Positions 1 through 9,557 of a stretch of 64,000 bases of DNA are shown here, piece after piece. This DNA is from Desulfuromonadales bacterium (lineage in GTDB: Bacteria; Desulfobacterota; JAENJC01). Every line of letters starts with the position of its first letter. Positions within the stretch are counted from its first letter, which is position 1. Made by a program: the position numbers and the translations under genes. The notes beneath the pieces are model-generated. The model made no database searches, was not told the DNA's origin, and worked only from the letters and a program-made list of their open reading frames with translations. The stretch spans positions 3,436 to 67,435 of the forward strand of contig CAKKSC010000022.1 in the NCBI GenBank assembly GCA_919902985.1. The letters are read 5' to 3'.

Positions 1-432
1 TGCTGTTGAGTTTAACCCGCCAAACCATGTGCCTGGCGTTGCCGCACCCGCCAGATTGGACACAATCAAATCGGTCAGCGGGGTGACATTAACGGTGCCC
101 AAAGCTGAGGCAATGGAATGGTAAGAAGTGGTGTTGAGTGTGCCATTAATCGTGCCGCCGCTGACTTGCACTGCGCAGGGTGGTGTCTGTCCGGAGACAG
201 TGACTTGCCAGTCACCCGTGCTGCTCGTGGTGGTAGAGAGTGCGCTGCCTGCCGCACAACTGACGGTGATAGTGCCCCCAACTATCGGGGAGCCTACCGC
301 CGCAGTGCCACTCAGGGTGCTGGCAGCAGGGCTGCTGCTTCCACTGCCGCTACCGCATCCAGTCATGGCAAGCACCCCTGCAATGAGCAGCAAACACATG
401 GCTGCCAAAAAACTTTTTGATCGTTTGTTCAT
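1..432 (-). CDS. lipoprotein (partial; 3' end runs off window start)
   Basis: Reverse-strand ATG at 430-432 with AGGAGG 4 nt upstream; N-terminus MNKRSKSFLAAMCLLLIAGVLAMTGC = signal peptide + lipobox; Ser/Thr/Gly-rich mature region. Absent from ORF track because it leaves the window. Confidence 0.55.
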   Translation of the reverse strand, partial: MNKRSKSFLAAMCLLLIAGVLAMTGCGSGSGSSSPAASTLSGTAAVGSPIVGGTITVSCAAGSALSTTTSSTGDWQVTVSGQTPPCAVQVSGGTINGTLNTTSYHSIASALGTVNVTPLTDLIVSNLAGAATPGTWFGGLNSTA

Positions 433-478
433 AATGCCTCCTTTTTAATGTTTGAACAAATCAGGGTATTTCAGTTCA

Positions 479-575
479 GTAGGTTGGGTTAGGCGTTTTC
501 CTGCCGTATCCCAACAAAAGTGGTGGGACTGGCTAAACCGTTGGGTTACGCGATGAAACTGCTAACCCAACCTAC
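479..575 (-). promoter_or_regulatory. structured 5' leader with alternative helices (candidate attenuator/riboregulator) upstream of lipoprotein gene
   Basis: Perfect 14-nt inverted repeat gtaggttgggttag (479-492) / ctaacccaacctac (562-575). A second copy gttgggttac (540-549) can pair with the same partner, giving mutually exclusive structures. Further IRs and the palindrome GTTCTAAATTAGAAC lie at 588-650. Confidence 0.3.
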
Positions 576-671
576 GATTTGAAAAAGCGTAAATCGGGAA
601 CGGGGTCATATTGTTTCGTTCTAAATTAGAACCCGTCCCTGATTTACTTCGTTGCTCCCGATATAAGGAAA

Positions 672-698
672 GTCCCCCTCTCCGAAGATAAGGGGGAC
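672..698 (-). terminator. hairpin downstream of lipoprotein gene 714..1838
   Basis: GTCCCCC-N13-GGGGGAC stem-loop directly 3' of the minus-strand stop. The T-tract is weak. Confidence 0.35.
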
Positions 699-713
699 GA
701 CCTGTCGGGCAGT

Positions 714-1838
714 CTATTTTGAGGACTCCATTGCCATTTCAAGGAAGTGACCAAAGGCATTTTTAGTAAGAGCCGTATACTGGACAGGGTCCACAACAAC
801 CCCGGTGCGAGTGATGCTTGCACTGCTGCCTCGTCCTCCACCCATGGCTGCCATCATCCCAACGGCCTGAGTGATACCTCCTGCCACCTTGTCGCCGGTT
901 GATGTCTCATCCTTGATCTCTTTAACAAAGTCTTTCTGAGCGATGATCGGGTATTTGAGAAGGAATTCGGGATTTTTCCCGTTAGTCATGCACTCCTGCT
1001 TCCCGGAAAAAGGCGCCTTCCAGCATTTCATTGACTCGTTCGCCACGAACATGACCTGGCCCCGTACTGCAAGCCGCACCTCTCCTTTTACCGATGCCGT
1101 ATCTCTTGAGGCATGCTTCTGCATCCCGTCGCTGCTCCCCTCAAGTCTGGCGAAATCAACCATGATATCGACGTGGGCTGCGTCAGCCTTCAGGGAATCG
1201 ATAAGACGTCCCTCGTGCATCAATGGAGAATTGCCTGATGCCTGTGAGAAGGCCATTGAAAGGGCTTTCCCGGTTCCTACATAAGCAGGATTAAAGACCT
1301 TCTGTCCTTTTGGAGCAAGCACCTTGTACTTTGCCTTGCTCCCTGGAGGTGTGAACTCAAATGGGCTGTCCTTACCGCCTTCGTGCATCTTCAGGAAGTG
1401 CTCATTAGATGCAAGTTCTGAAGCAGGGACAATAGCCCGCCCGGATGCCTTGATACCCTGTTCCGCCTGCAAACAGAGGTCCTCTGCAAGCTGCTGCAAC
1501 TGTTCATCGCTTATGCCGCGCAGGTAATAGAATGAGCTTACTTTAGCATCAACCCGCCCTTTGCTTTCACTGGACGGAGCAAAGGCTCCAACACCTGTCT
1601 CAGCGCTGGCACTGGTCATCTCACCGACAAGGACATTGCAGGATGTGATGGCGATCTTGTCAAGATTCTTATTGTTCTTGGTGTTACGTGCATCGATGAA
1701 CTGGACGGCCTGGGAGGCGGCTGACTGAGAAGGGTCGAATTTTGGGTCAGGCTTAGTCATCCCCCCACAGCCGCTGAGAATGCCTCCAATAATGATCGGA
1801 TATACTATCTTTACTGGTATTCTGGTTCTGATTTTCAT
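714..1838 (-). CDS. lipoprotein of unknown function
   Basis: ORF 714..1889. Best start is the internal MKIRTRIPVKIVYPIIIGGILSGCGG (signal peptide + lipobox LSGC) preceded by AAGGAGAAAAC. No family recognised. Confidence 0.6.
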   Translation of the reverse strand: MKIRTRIPVKIVYPIIIGGILSGCGGMTKPDPKFDPSQSAASQAVQFIDARNTKNNKNLDKIAITSCNVLVGEMTSASAETGVGAFAPSSESKGRVDAKVSSFYYLRGISDEQLQQLAEDLCLQAEQGIKASGRAIVPASELASNEHFLKMHEGGKDSPFEFTPPGSKAKYKVLAPKGQKVFNPAYVGTGKALSMAFSQASGNSPLMHEGRLIDSLKADAAHVDIMVDFARLEGSSDGMQKHASRDTASVKGEVRLAVRGQVMFVANESMKCWKAPFSGKQECMTNGKNPEFLLKYPIIAQKDFVKEIKDETSTGDKVAGGITQAVGMMAAMGGGRGSSASITRTGVVVDPVQYTALTKNAFGHFLEMAMESSK

Positions 1839-2049
1839 GTTTTCTCCTTTTTGATTTTTATTGTCAGCCGGAAAGATGATTGTGAGCAAAACCCTTTCTT
1901 GTTATCATTGTTCCAACAGCCTTGGAATTTAGCTTTAGCGTACAAATCAGATGAGTCCAGTTCAATAGCCGGATAAATCATGATTTGTTGACGCGGCTAT
2001 TATCAAAGAGTTCGGGACACCTGTAAATAGCAGGAATTAACCTTTTTGC

Positions 2050-2067
2050 ATGACTAAAATTAGTCAT
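2050..2067. promoter_or_regulatory. perfect palindrome ATGACTAAAATTAGTCAT in divergent promoter region
   Basis: 8-2-8 inverted repeat between the divergently transcribed lipoprotein gene and the NarL-type regulator. Candidate operator. Confidence 0.3.
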
Positions 2068-2163
2068 TTATTTTAATGACGCATCGATGTATAAAGGAAA
2101 AGATAATCTATTTTCTGACAGTTATTTCTCTATCTGCAAAACAAAGGGGCTGGTGATTTAATC

Positions 2164-2841
2164 ATGATGCATGTCGTAATTGTTGAAGATGATCCCCTTG
2201 GAGGAAGCCTTTTAAGGGAATATGTTGATGGCGGAGAAGTTCGGGTCAACGCCCTTTATACGTCGGGAGAAGAGGCCGTGGAAGCGTTGGGGAAGCTGCC
2301 GCTGCCCGATGTCATCCTTATGGATGTGGGTCTTCCAGGCATGTCCGGGATTGAAACAACAGAGATCATAAAAAAGAAGTACCCTTCCATTGAAATCATT
2401 ATTCAGACTATTTTTGAAGATGCTGAGGTAATTACTGACGCCATTAAAGCCGGAGCGACAGGTTATCTCCTCAAGGCCTCCCCGAAGGAAGAAATTCTGA
2501 AAGCCATATGGGAGGTTAAGTCGGGCGGCTCATACTTATCCGGGAAGATTGCCAGGAAGGTATTGCAGCAATTCAACAGGTCTGAAACAACTTCCTCTCA
2601 GGAAGGCCTAAGGGAAGAGAGCGCCCACCGTTTTCAGCTCACACCCAGGGAAGAGTTAATCCTTGGGGAGCTGATCAGGGGAGCATCCTACAAGATGATT
2701 GCCGATGCACTATGCATCAGTGTTCATACGGTCAACAACCATGTCCGCAAGATTTACGAAAAGATGCACGTCAACTCACGGGGAGAGGCTGTTGCCCTGG
2801 CAACAGGATGGGATGAAGGGAGTTCTTCCATTCCCCGCTGA
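2164..2841 (+). CDS. NarL/FixJ-family response regulator (REC + LuxR-type HTH)
   Basis: N-terminal receiver (VIVEDDP...ILMDVGLPGMSG) and C-terminal LuxR HTH (YKMIADALCISVHTVNNHVRKIYEKM). Confidence 0.85.
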   Translation: MMHVVIVEDDPLGGSLLREYVDGGEVRVNALYTSGEEAVEALGKLPLPDVILMDVGLPGMSGIETTEIIKKKYPSIEIIIQTIFEDAEVITDAIKAGATGYLLKASPKEEILKAIWEVKSGGSYLSGKIARKVLQQFNRSETTSSQEGLREESAHRFQLTPREELILGELIRGASYKMIADALCISVHTVNNHVRKIYEKMHVNSRGEAVALATGWDEGSSSIPR

Positions 2842-2862
2842 GAACGCCTCTCTTCTATGTCC

Positions 2863-4119
2863 TTAAAAGAACGAGGTAACCCGCAAATAATAGTCGCGCA
2901 CGTTGGGGAAATTCATTCCACTATAGGTGTCCTGTACCTCCAGCTTGACTATCAGTGGCATGGGGAGGTTCCCGCGCTGCCAGCGTTCAATACCACTCCA
3001 AGAAATAGAGGCACGCCACTGATCTGCACGGACGCTTGTGTTTTTCTCCAGGGATGCTGTATCCGTTCCCTGTCCTGATCCGTATCGGTCACTTCCCTTG
3101 TCGTAACGATGCCATGTGCCGGACAAACGCCAGTTGGCCAGACTTTTTCCCAGTTCAACGTCGTATTCAAAGTAATCACCCAGGTCGCGCGTCACCCTTT
3201 CTTTAGTTGCCGATGTGGCCAACAGCTCGCCCGGAGCCGGAACCCGGACAGTTCTATGGTCCTCCATCTGGACGTTATGTTCTACGAGAAGGCGGGCGTC
3301 AAAACCGGCACCCAGGCTGCGGAAGTACTCCACCCTTGCCCTCAGGTCGGTACTGCCGTCTCCAAGAGGGACATCGAGAAGGTTATCAGGGTCGTCCTCC
3401 CTGGCCAGACCAAAGCGGACGCCAAGGCCGAGGATTGCGCTGTCATGTTTGCCCTTATGAAATCGCCATAGAATCCCGACAGTAGGATCAGAGAAACCGG
3501 ACACGGTCGTTTCTTCGATCCTTTTATATCCATAGCCAAAGGCAGGGTCCGTCAGTATTTTCTGGAGGCCTTCTGTTCCCACTGGCTCTGTAGCCCCGGC
3601 GCCAACGGGAGCGAAAGGGAAGTTTGCGGCGCCTATCGGCACACCTGGATTAAACGCGGGATTGAAACCGATATTCCCGCCTGAGACTGAAAAATTTGCG
3701 GCTGCTCTGCTCCGCCCGAAGGGAAGTTGCAATCCGAGAGTCAGGTTATCAGTCAGACCATAACCGACGAGAAGTTCAGCAAAGAGATTTTCAACTTTTG
3801 AGTCAATAGACATATTGCCAAGGGACATGCCGGGGCCAAAAACCGTCAGAGAAGGAAAGATGCTGCTCCCCAGATCGAGCCCATCGTATTTTTTGTCGAG
3901 ATCAACAAGGTTGCCATCTTCATCATACCACTTATCATAACCATTGACGCGTACCTCAAGTCGCGCTGCCCATCGTCCCCTGGGAGCCATGACATCCAGC
4001 CCATGCGACGCGGACGATTGTAACTTTTCCTCAGCATAAGCAGTTGAAGATATTACCGTGGACATAAAAAAGCATGTAATCATCAAGCGTAGTGCTCTGC
4101 CATAAAAAGCAGTTTCCAT
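2863..4119 (-). CDS. outer-membrane beta-barrel protein (porin-like)
   Basis: N-terminal signal peptide; alternating amphipathic segments; C-terminal ...RVTSFF with terminal Phe, typical of OM beta-barrels. Confidence 0.55.
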   Translation of the reverse strand: METAFYGRALRLMITCFFMSTVISSTAYAEEKLQSSASHGLDVMAPRGRWAARLEVRVNGYDKWYDEDGNLVDLDKKYDGLDLGSSIFPSLTVFGPGMSLGNMSIDSKVENLFAELLVGYGLTDNLTLGLQLPFGRSRAAANFSVSGGNIGFNPAFNPGVPIGAANFPFAPVGAGATEPVGTEGLQKILTDPAFGYGYKRIEETTVSGFSDPTVGILWRFHKGKHDSAILGLGVRFGLAREDDPDNLLDVPLGDGSTDLRARVEYFRSLGAGFDARLLVEHNVQMEDHRTVRVPAPGELLATSATKERVTRDLGDYFEYDVELGKSLANWRLSGTWHRYDKGSDRYGSGQGTDTASLEKNTSVRADQWRASISWSGIERWQRGNLPMPLIVKLEVQDTYSGMNFPNVRDYYLRVTSFF

Positions 4120-4155
4120 AAAGTGATTCCTCCCGGGATTTTTCTTAAATTACCC

Positions 4156-6009
4156 CTACAGCAAAAGTTCCATTGTAATGCACGTTCCTTCACCCGGATT
4201 TGACCGGATATTCAGTCCTGCATTCATTTCCCTGCATCGTCGCTCCATATTTTTCAGGCCGTGGCCACCGCCTGTCCGCCGGGCTGAATCAAAACCCCGC
4301 CCATCATCCTTAATTTCAAAAGTTATCTTTTCTGCATCATCTCTGATGTTTACAGTAATTGTCTTTGCATCCCCATATTTGATAGTATTGGTCAACGCCT
4401 CCTGGAATATGCGAAGCAGGTTGAGACTGACAATATGGGGAACCATCCGCTCTTCATTGATCAGTCTCCTCGATACGCTGCACTCGAGACCGGCCATCAG
4501 GGCAACTTCTTTGGTCTTTTCTCCCAGGTGAAACGACAGCACTCCCATCGTTGCCATTTCACCTTCCATGGTGAGTATAAGATTTCTCAGCTCTGCCAGA
4601 CCTTCGTCCAGTACCCCTCTCAGTTGAGAAAGCCGCATTTCCGGTTCGGGCGCGCCTCTGAGGATAAGATCAACCAGCATGACGCCATTGGAAAAATTTC
4701 TGCCCAGGCCGTCATGAATTTCTCTGGAGATTCGCTCCCTTTCATCCGTCACAGCCTGTTTCGTTTCCATTTCCCGCATCTGCGCATGTGAGATCTCGAT
4801 CTCTGTTCTGGCTGCATTGACTCTATTTTCAAGCTCCTTGTTCAATGCCTCCGCTTCATCAAGGGCCGTAATAAAGCGCCGTATGAGATGCCAGGCCATG
4901 ATCATGAAGATAATCGGCGCTGAATAGTGATTAAGGTGAAAGTCGGTAAAGCCTGTAGATGAAATAAGCCGGGACTGTAAGATCCAGTCATGCACAGCAG
5001 TTAGAAGTACAATGGCGATGCCGAGGCCCATCACCCCCGACTCCCGGCTCCCCTCGACCTTCCAATGGCGAAGGAGTTGGAAGGCAGTATAAAAACCGAG
5101 AAGCATGGAGCCGCTATACCAGAAGACCGCCACACCGTTCATCTCGCCCAGTTCGGCAAAGGCCAGTGCAACCCCCCCTGAAACAGCAAAAAGGAGATAA
5201 ATCGATTCGAGTACTCTTCTTTTGCGCTTAAGAAAACGGTGCGAGAATATGGCAAGAAAAATGGTCCACCAGGTCAGGCTCCCATATGCTACCCAGTCCC
5301 AGGCCTTCGCCGATAGAGGGATGTCATGAATAAACAGGTTAAGGCTAAAAATAGACCACATCAGAACGGAAAGCGCAAACCACAGGTAGGAGGTATCGTT
5401 GCGTCTTCTGACCCAGAGAGCAAACATGAAGACGCCTACAGCAAGAGTCTCCGGGAAAAGCATGGCGCTGATATCGTTCTGAAACAGCTTTCTTAACTCG
5501 AATCGACGCTGAAGCAGCTTAATATCACCTAACTGGAGAGGTGATAGCTGGATATCATAAGGATAACCTTTAATGCGCACATCGATAATGTTCTCACCGG
5601 AACGCCACAGCGCCGGAGGAACGGTAAAAAGGAGCGGCCGGTTCCAGTTGCGCGCAACAGGCTCTTCAAATGAGCCGCCGTCGCCGATAAACTGCCCGTT
5701 AAGAAAAACTGCGGCATTCATACTGAGTTTTTGAAGATAGATCCCCCAGGTATTTGCTGGGCAGGCATCCAGTTGAAGATGAAGACGATACCAGCCGTTT
5801 TGCCCTTTTTTGTAAAGCCCCTTTTCCCAATGATGGGGGAGCGTCAGCGGACGCCATTGATCCGGTGGGAGGATAGGGGGAGTTGAAGCATTGGAAAGGA
5901 CAAATCCCGCCTCTGAAATATCACGGAGACCGCTGCTATCGGAAGTTTGGCCGCCAAAAGCCACAGATGGTGCAAGGAGTAGCAGGAAAAAAACGAGCAG
6001 TTTATTCAT
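4156..6009 (-). CDS. 7TMR-DISM sensor histidine kinase (HisKA_3/NarX-type)
   Basis: Signal peptide, periplasmic 7TMR-DISM-like domain, 7 TM helices, then HisKA_3 (ERERISREIHDGLG) and HATPase (GGGHGLKNM). Likely partner of the NarL-type RR at 2164. Confidence 0.8.
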   Translation of the reverse strand: MNKLLVFFLLLLAPSVAFGGQTSDSSGLRDISEAGFVLSNASTPPILPPDQWRPLTLPHHWEKGLYKKGQNGWYRLHLQLDACPANTWGIYLQKLSMNAAVFLNGQFIGDGGSFEEPVARNWNRPLLFTVPPALWRSGENIIDVRIKGYPYDIQLSPLQLGDIKLLQRRFELRKLFQNDISAMLFPETLAVGVFMFALWVRRRNDTSYLWFALSVLMWSIFSLNLFIHDIPLSAKAWDWVAYGSLTWWTIFLAIFSHRFLKRKRRVLESIYLLFAVSGGVALAFAELGEMNGVAVFWYSGSMLLGFYTAFQLLRHWKVEGSRESGVMGLGIAIVLLTAVHDWILQSRLISSTGFTDFHLNHYSAPIIFMIMAWHLIRRFITALDEAEALNKELENRVNAARTEIEISHAQMREMETKQAVTDERERISREIHDGLGRNFSNGVMLVDLILRGAPEPEMRLSQLRGVLDEGLAELRNLILTMEGEMATMGVLSFHLGEKTKEVALMAGLECSVSRRLINEERMVPHIVSLNLLRIFQEALTNTIKYGDAKTITVNIRDDAEKITFEIKDDGRGFDSARRTGGGHGLKNMERRCREMNAGLNIRSNPGEGTCITMELLL

Positions 6010-6230
6010 AATATAATTTTCATAAAACCCTATTTAACTCTGTTTAAAGAATCTATAAACATACTGAAGTCATGTCAGTTGTCCCGAATACAGACGCAGT
6101 GCGCTTTTCGTGGATGAGAAGAATATCATAAGATAGGTAGCAACACAACGTAGAAAGAAACCTAAACTCATCGTTTTTAACCCTATTCTATGATAATCTA
6201 TGCGCATAAATCGATGATTGGGAGGCTACA

Positions 6231-7379
6231 GTGACAGAAGACAGGATCAGGGAAATCATACATGAAGCGGAGGAGTGTTATAACAGACTCGCTTCGACCA
6301 TAGTGGAGATACCCGATTACACACTCGACAGCCTACCAAAAGAAAAAAGTAACAGCTTTATAAATGGGGGACTTTATGAGTTCACAGCATACAGGAGGGA
6401 GTTTAAAGCACGGCTCATCTTCATCTGCCTTAAGGCCCCGGATGAGCAGGCCTATTTTCTGGAGAGGTTCAGGATTTACAGCATGGAAAGCCCTCAGGGG
6501 ATTGAAAGGGCAGATGACCCGGCGTATTTAAAAGGGACCGGGGAATCGGTTTATCTGAGGATACCGGCTGGTTCCACAATCCTTGATATCGGATGTGGGA
6601 CCGGTAAGTATCTTAAGGTTATGAATGGCAGAAATATTACTACTCTGGCCATGGATATATCAAAAGAGCTTATAGATGAGGACAGGAAGTCGCTGGATTT
6701 GAAGGGTGTCCGCTTCTTCCCAGGCGACTGTCTCGACCTGCGCTTTCTGAAAGAGAAGGAACTGGACTTTCTCACCGGGGTCAACATCCTGAATGTCCTC
6801 TATCCGGAGATGGTTGAGTCCTTGCTGGATCAGGGGGCAAGGGTGGCAAAAGGCGGTCTGTTTGCCTTTACACTCCCTGCCAGGGCAGATATTTGGACTG
6901 AGTACTCGCCGGATTTGGAGGACCATTCAGGAAGGGGGTTGAAAAGGGGCTCGGATGAGTATCTTGAGGTCGCCTCCAATCAGACCTTTCGTGGTCAGAT
7001 GAGGCTCTTCTCCCATGTCAGGAGACTGTGCTCTGAAAAAGGCTGGAAATGGAGGATATTCAGGTTTGTAGATAGCTCCATCCTGGACTCGTTTAAGTTT
7101 AACAAGACCCTGGATGTTAGATATCTGAAGGAAGGGGAGGATTCGCTCTTAAAGCTCCTTGAATTCCCTGTAAGGAGGGCAGGCCATTCGGAAGTCCCGC
7201 CAGAGGGTTCATTCCTCGTGTGCGCCATAGGTTACGGCTTGGAGGTGTACTTTGGAGGGGATGAGCTTCCGCCAGCTGAAGAGGTCAGTTATTTTAATGC
7301 CGATGCGCTGTTCGAGAGATTCGAGATCAGACAGGAGCAGAAAGAGTCCATAGCCCGCTGGAACCTGCCTTTTGTATAG
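6231..7379 (+). CDS. class I SAM-dependent methyltransferase-domain protein
   Basis: Motif I ILDIGCGTGKYL and acidic motif II LAMDIS; N- and C-terminal regions unassigned. Confidence 0.6.
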   Translation: MTEDRIREIIHEAEECYNRLASTIVEIPDYTLDSLPKEKSNSFINGGLYEFTAYRREFKARLIFICLKAPDEQAYFLERFRIYSMESPQGIERADDPAYLKGTGESVYLRIPAGSTILDIGCGTGKYLKVMNGRNITTLAMDISKELIDEDRKSLDLKGVRFFPGDCLDLRFLKEKELDFLTGVNILNVLYPEMVESLLDQGARVAKGGLFAFTLPARADIWTEYSPDLEDHSGRGLKRGSDEYLEVASNQTFRGQMRLFSHVRRLCSEKGWKWRIFRFVDSSILDSFKFNKTLDVRYLKEGEDSLLKLLEFPVRRAGHSEVPPEGSFLVCAIGYGLEVYFGGDELPPAEEVSYFNADALFERFEIRQEQKESIARWNLPFV

Positions 7380-7433
7380 TAATGACTACGACTCCGACAA
7401 ATTTTTTGCTTTTCACAAATGAATAAACATAGG

Positions 7434-7562
7434 AGCCTCTTGCAAAAGTCCCCAAAATACCCTTCGACAAGCTCAGGGTGAACGGGGTTGGGTTGAAATT
7501 ATTGAACTTTATTCGTTCGTGGTGAGCCTGTCGAACCACAAAAGATAGTTTTGCAAGAGGCT
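7434..7562. repeat. MITE/REP-like nested inverted-repeat element between convergent genes
   Basis: Terminal 13-bp perfect IR GCCTCTTGCAAAA / TTTTGCAAGAGGC plus an inner ~24-bp imperfect IR (cttcgacaagctcagggtgaacgg / ccgttcgtggtgagcctgtcgaac). One arm recurs at 27897-27945. Confidence 0.45.
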
Positions 7563-7568
7563 TATAGT

Positions 7569-8927
7569 TCAAAACATTACTTCCATGGCCTCCCGCACTG
7601 TCCCGACAGGTACGATCTCGATCCCGTCAATCCGTTGAGAAAGTTTGTTCCCTGAAGGAACGATGCACCTTGTAAATCCGAGCTTTGCGGCCTCCCCGAC
7701 CCTGAGTTCAGCCTGCGCGACTCCCCTGATCTCCCCGGTCAGCCCGATCTCGCCGATTATCACGGTCTTTGGGTCTATCGGCTTGTCGAGGAAGGATGAC
7801 GCGACTGCTGTTATTATGCCGAGGTCAACGGCAGGTTCGTCAATTTTAACTCCGCCTGCAACATTTACGAAGATGTCCTGACCTATCAGGTTCAGTCCAA
7901 CCTTCTTTTCAAGGACAGCGACAAGAAGGGAGACCCTGTTATGGTCAACCCCTATGGTTGTCCTGCGCGGGACTGCAAAATTAGTAGGCGACACAAGGGC
8001 CTGGAGCTCCACGAGGATAGGCCTCGTTCCCTCTAATGAGGTCACGACTGTGGAGCCGGATGCGTTTAACGGCCTCTCTGCCAGGAATATCTCGGATGGA
8101 TTGGATACCTCTTTAAGCCCGGAATCTGTCATCTCAAACACGCCTATCTCGTTTGTTGAGCCGTACCTGTTCTTTACGGCCCTGAGGATGCGATATGCGT
8201 GCCCCCTCTCCCCCTCGAAATATATGACAGTGTCAACCATATGCTCCAGGAGTCTCGGCCCCGCGATGGCCCCTTCCTTTGTGACATGCCCTATAAGGAA
8301 GGTTGATACACCTGTTCCCTTGGAGAGCTGCATGAGGCGACCAGCGCACTCCCTCACCTGGCTTATGCTGCCCGGGGCAGAGTCTATCTCGGTCGTAAAT
8401 ATGGTCTGGATCGAGTCTATAACAAGAAGTGCCGGCCTCAGCTTTTTGACCTCTTCCAGTATGGTCTCCAGTGATGTCTCTGCCGCCACAAAAAGGTCCT
8501 TTGCCTTAACTCCAAGCCTCTCGGCCCTCATCCTGGTCTGCCTCGCAGACTCCTCACCCGACACATAAAGCACAGGAAGGCCTTGGGATGCAACCATTTC
8601 CATGGCCTGAAGCAGAAGAGTCGATTTTCCTATGCCGGGGTCTCCCCCTATCAATATAAGGGAGCCCTTCGCAATCCCTCCGCCAAGGACCCTGTCGAAC
8701 TCCGCTATCCCGACCTGGACCCTGTGTTCATCCGTAACCTCTATGTCGCAGATAGGCACGGGAGGCTGGGGCTTTATAAGCTCCAGCCCCTTCTTAATTG
8801 AACGCTCCTTTTGAAACACCTCTTCAACAAAAGAGTTCCATGCGCCGCAGTCAGGACATCTTCCGAGCCACTTTGGCGCCTGGTATCCGCAGGACTGGCA
8901 TGAAAATACGGTGTTTGTCTTGGCCAT
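7569..8927 (-). CDS. radA: DNA repair protein RadA/Sms
   Basis: N-terminal C4 zinc finger (CQSCGYQAPKWLGRCPDCGAWNSF), RecA-like Walker A GGDPGIGKST, C-terminal Lon-like domain. Confidence 0.9.
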   Translation of the reverse strand: MAKTNTVFSCQSCGYQAPKWLGRCPDCGAWNSFVEEVFQKERSIKKGLELIKPQPPVPICDIEVTDEHRVQVGIAEFDRVLGGGIAKGSLILIGGDPGIGKSTLLLQAMEMVASQGLPVLYVSGEESARQTRMRAERLGVKAKDLFVAAETSLETILEEVKKLRPALLVIDSIQTIFTTEIDSAPGSISQVRECAGRLMQLSKGTGVSTFLIGHVTKEGAIAGPRLLEHMVDTVIYFEGERGHAYRILRAVKNRYGSTNEIGVFEMTDSGLKEVSNPSEIFLAERPLNASGSTVVTSLEGTRPILVELQALVSPTNFAVPRRTTIGVDHNRVSLLVAVLEKKVGLNLIGQDIFVNVAGGVKIDEPAVDLGIITAVASSFLDKPIDPKTVIIGEIGLTGEIRGVAQAELRVGEAAKLGFTRCIVPSGNKLSQRIDGIEIVPVGTVREAMEVMF

Positions 8928-9012
8928 TGTAAAAAACGCTCCAACTGTAAGTCACGGTATTATACCGAATGTTCAGATTGAGTCAATAACAAGGACGTTG
9001 AATACCATAAAC

Positions 9013-9041
9013 TTGACAGTCTTTCTTACAGGGAATAAGAT
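9013..9041 (+). promoter_or_regulatory. putative sigma70-type promoter for spy/cpxP-like gene
   Basis: TTGACA-N17-TAAGAT located ~28 nt upstream of the AAGGAGG RBS. Confidence 0.3.
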
Positions 9042-9068
9042 AAGAAAAAAATAAAAAGGAGGTTATCG

Positions 9069-9557
9069 ATGGGAAAAAATCATAGAATTATCCCGATGTC
9101 AATACTTGCTCTTATCGCTTGTGCAACACTATTGTCAGCTCAAATGAACGGTCCCGGGCACGAACATGACAAGAAGATGGGCAAAACGGAAAAGACAGAG
9201 CAACACAAAGGTCCTGGCATGGAGATGGACACGCCACGCTGGAAGCAGACGCTCACAGAAGAACAGAAGATGAAGGTCGATAAGATGCATCTGGAATTAA
9301 AAAAGGCCATGAACATACTTGAGTCAAAGATGAATCTGAAAGAGGTTGAGATGAATAACTTTGCTACACAAGATAATGCCGACACTAAAGCCCTTCATCG
9401 TGCTATAGACGAGATAATGGAGCTCAAAAAGGAGATGATGATAAAGAAATATGACCATATAATCGAAATGCGCTCCATACTTACACCTGAACAGCGTGTA
9501 TCCTTTGATCTTGGGCTCAGCAGCGGCATGGGCGGGATGCATCAGGGACATCATTAA
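9069..9557 (+). CDS. periplasmic Spy/CpxP/ZraP-family protein (LTXXQ motifs)
   Basis: Signal peptide; two LTXXQ motifs (LTEEQ, LTPEQ); Gly/His-rich C-terminus; strong RBS. Confidence 0.7.
   Translation: MGKNHRIIPMSILALIACATLLSAQMNGPGHEHDKKMGKTEKTEQHKGPGMEMDTPRWKQTLTEEQKMKVDKMHLELKKAMNILESKMNLKEVEMNNFATQDNADTKALHRAIDEIMELKKEMMIKKYDHIIEMRSILTPEQRVSFDLGLSSGMGGMHQGHH

Noticed and set aside
118-448. Plus-strand ORFs 118..420 and 128..448
   Set aside because: They overlap the reverse-strand lipoprotein gene, which has an RBS, a signal peptide and a lipobox; the plus-strand translations are low-complexity Ala/Gly/Arg-rich products typical of antisense frames.
943-1527. Plus-strand ORFs 943..1284 and 1324..1527
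   Set aside because: Antisense to the 714..1838 lipoprotein gene; no RBS; composition typical of shadow ORFs.
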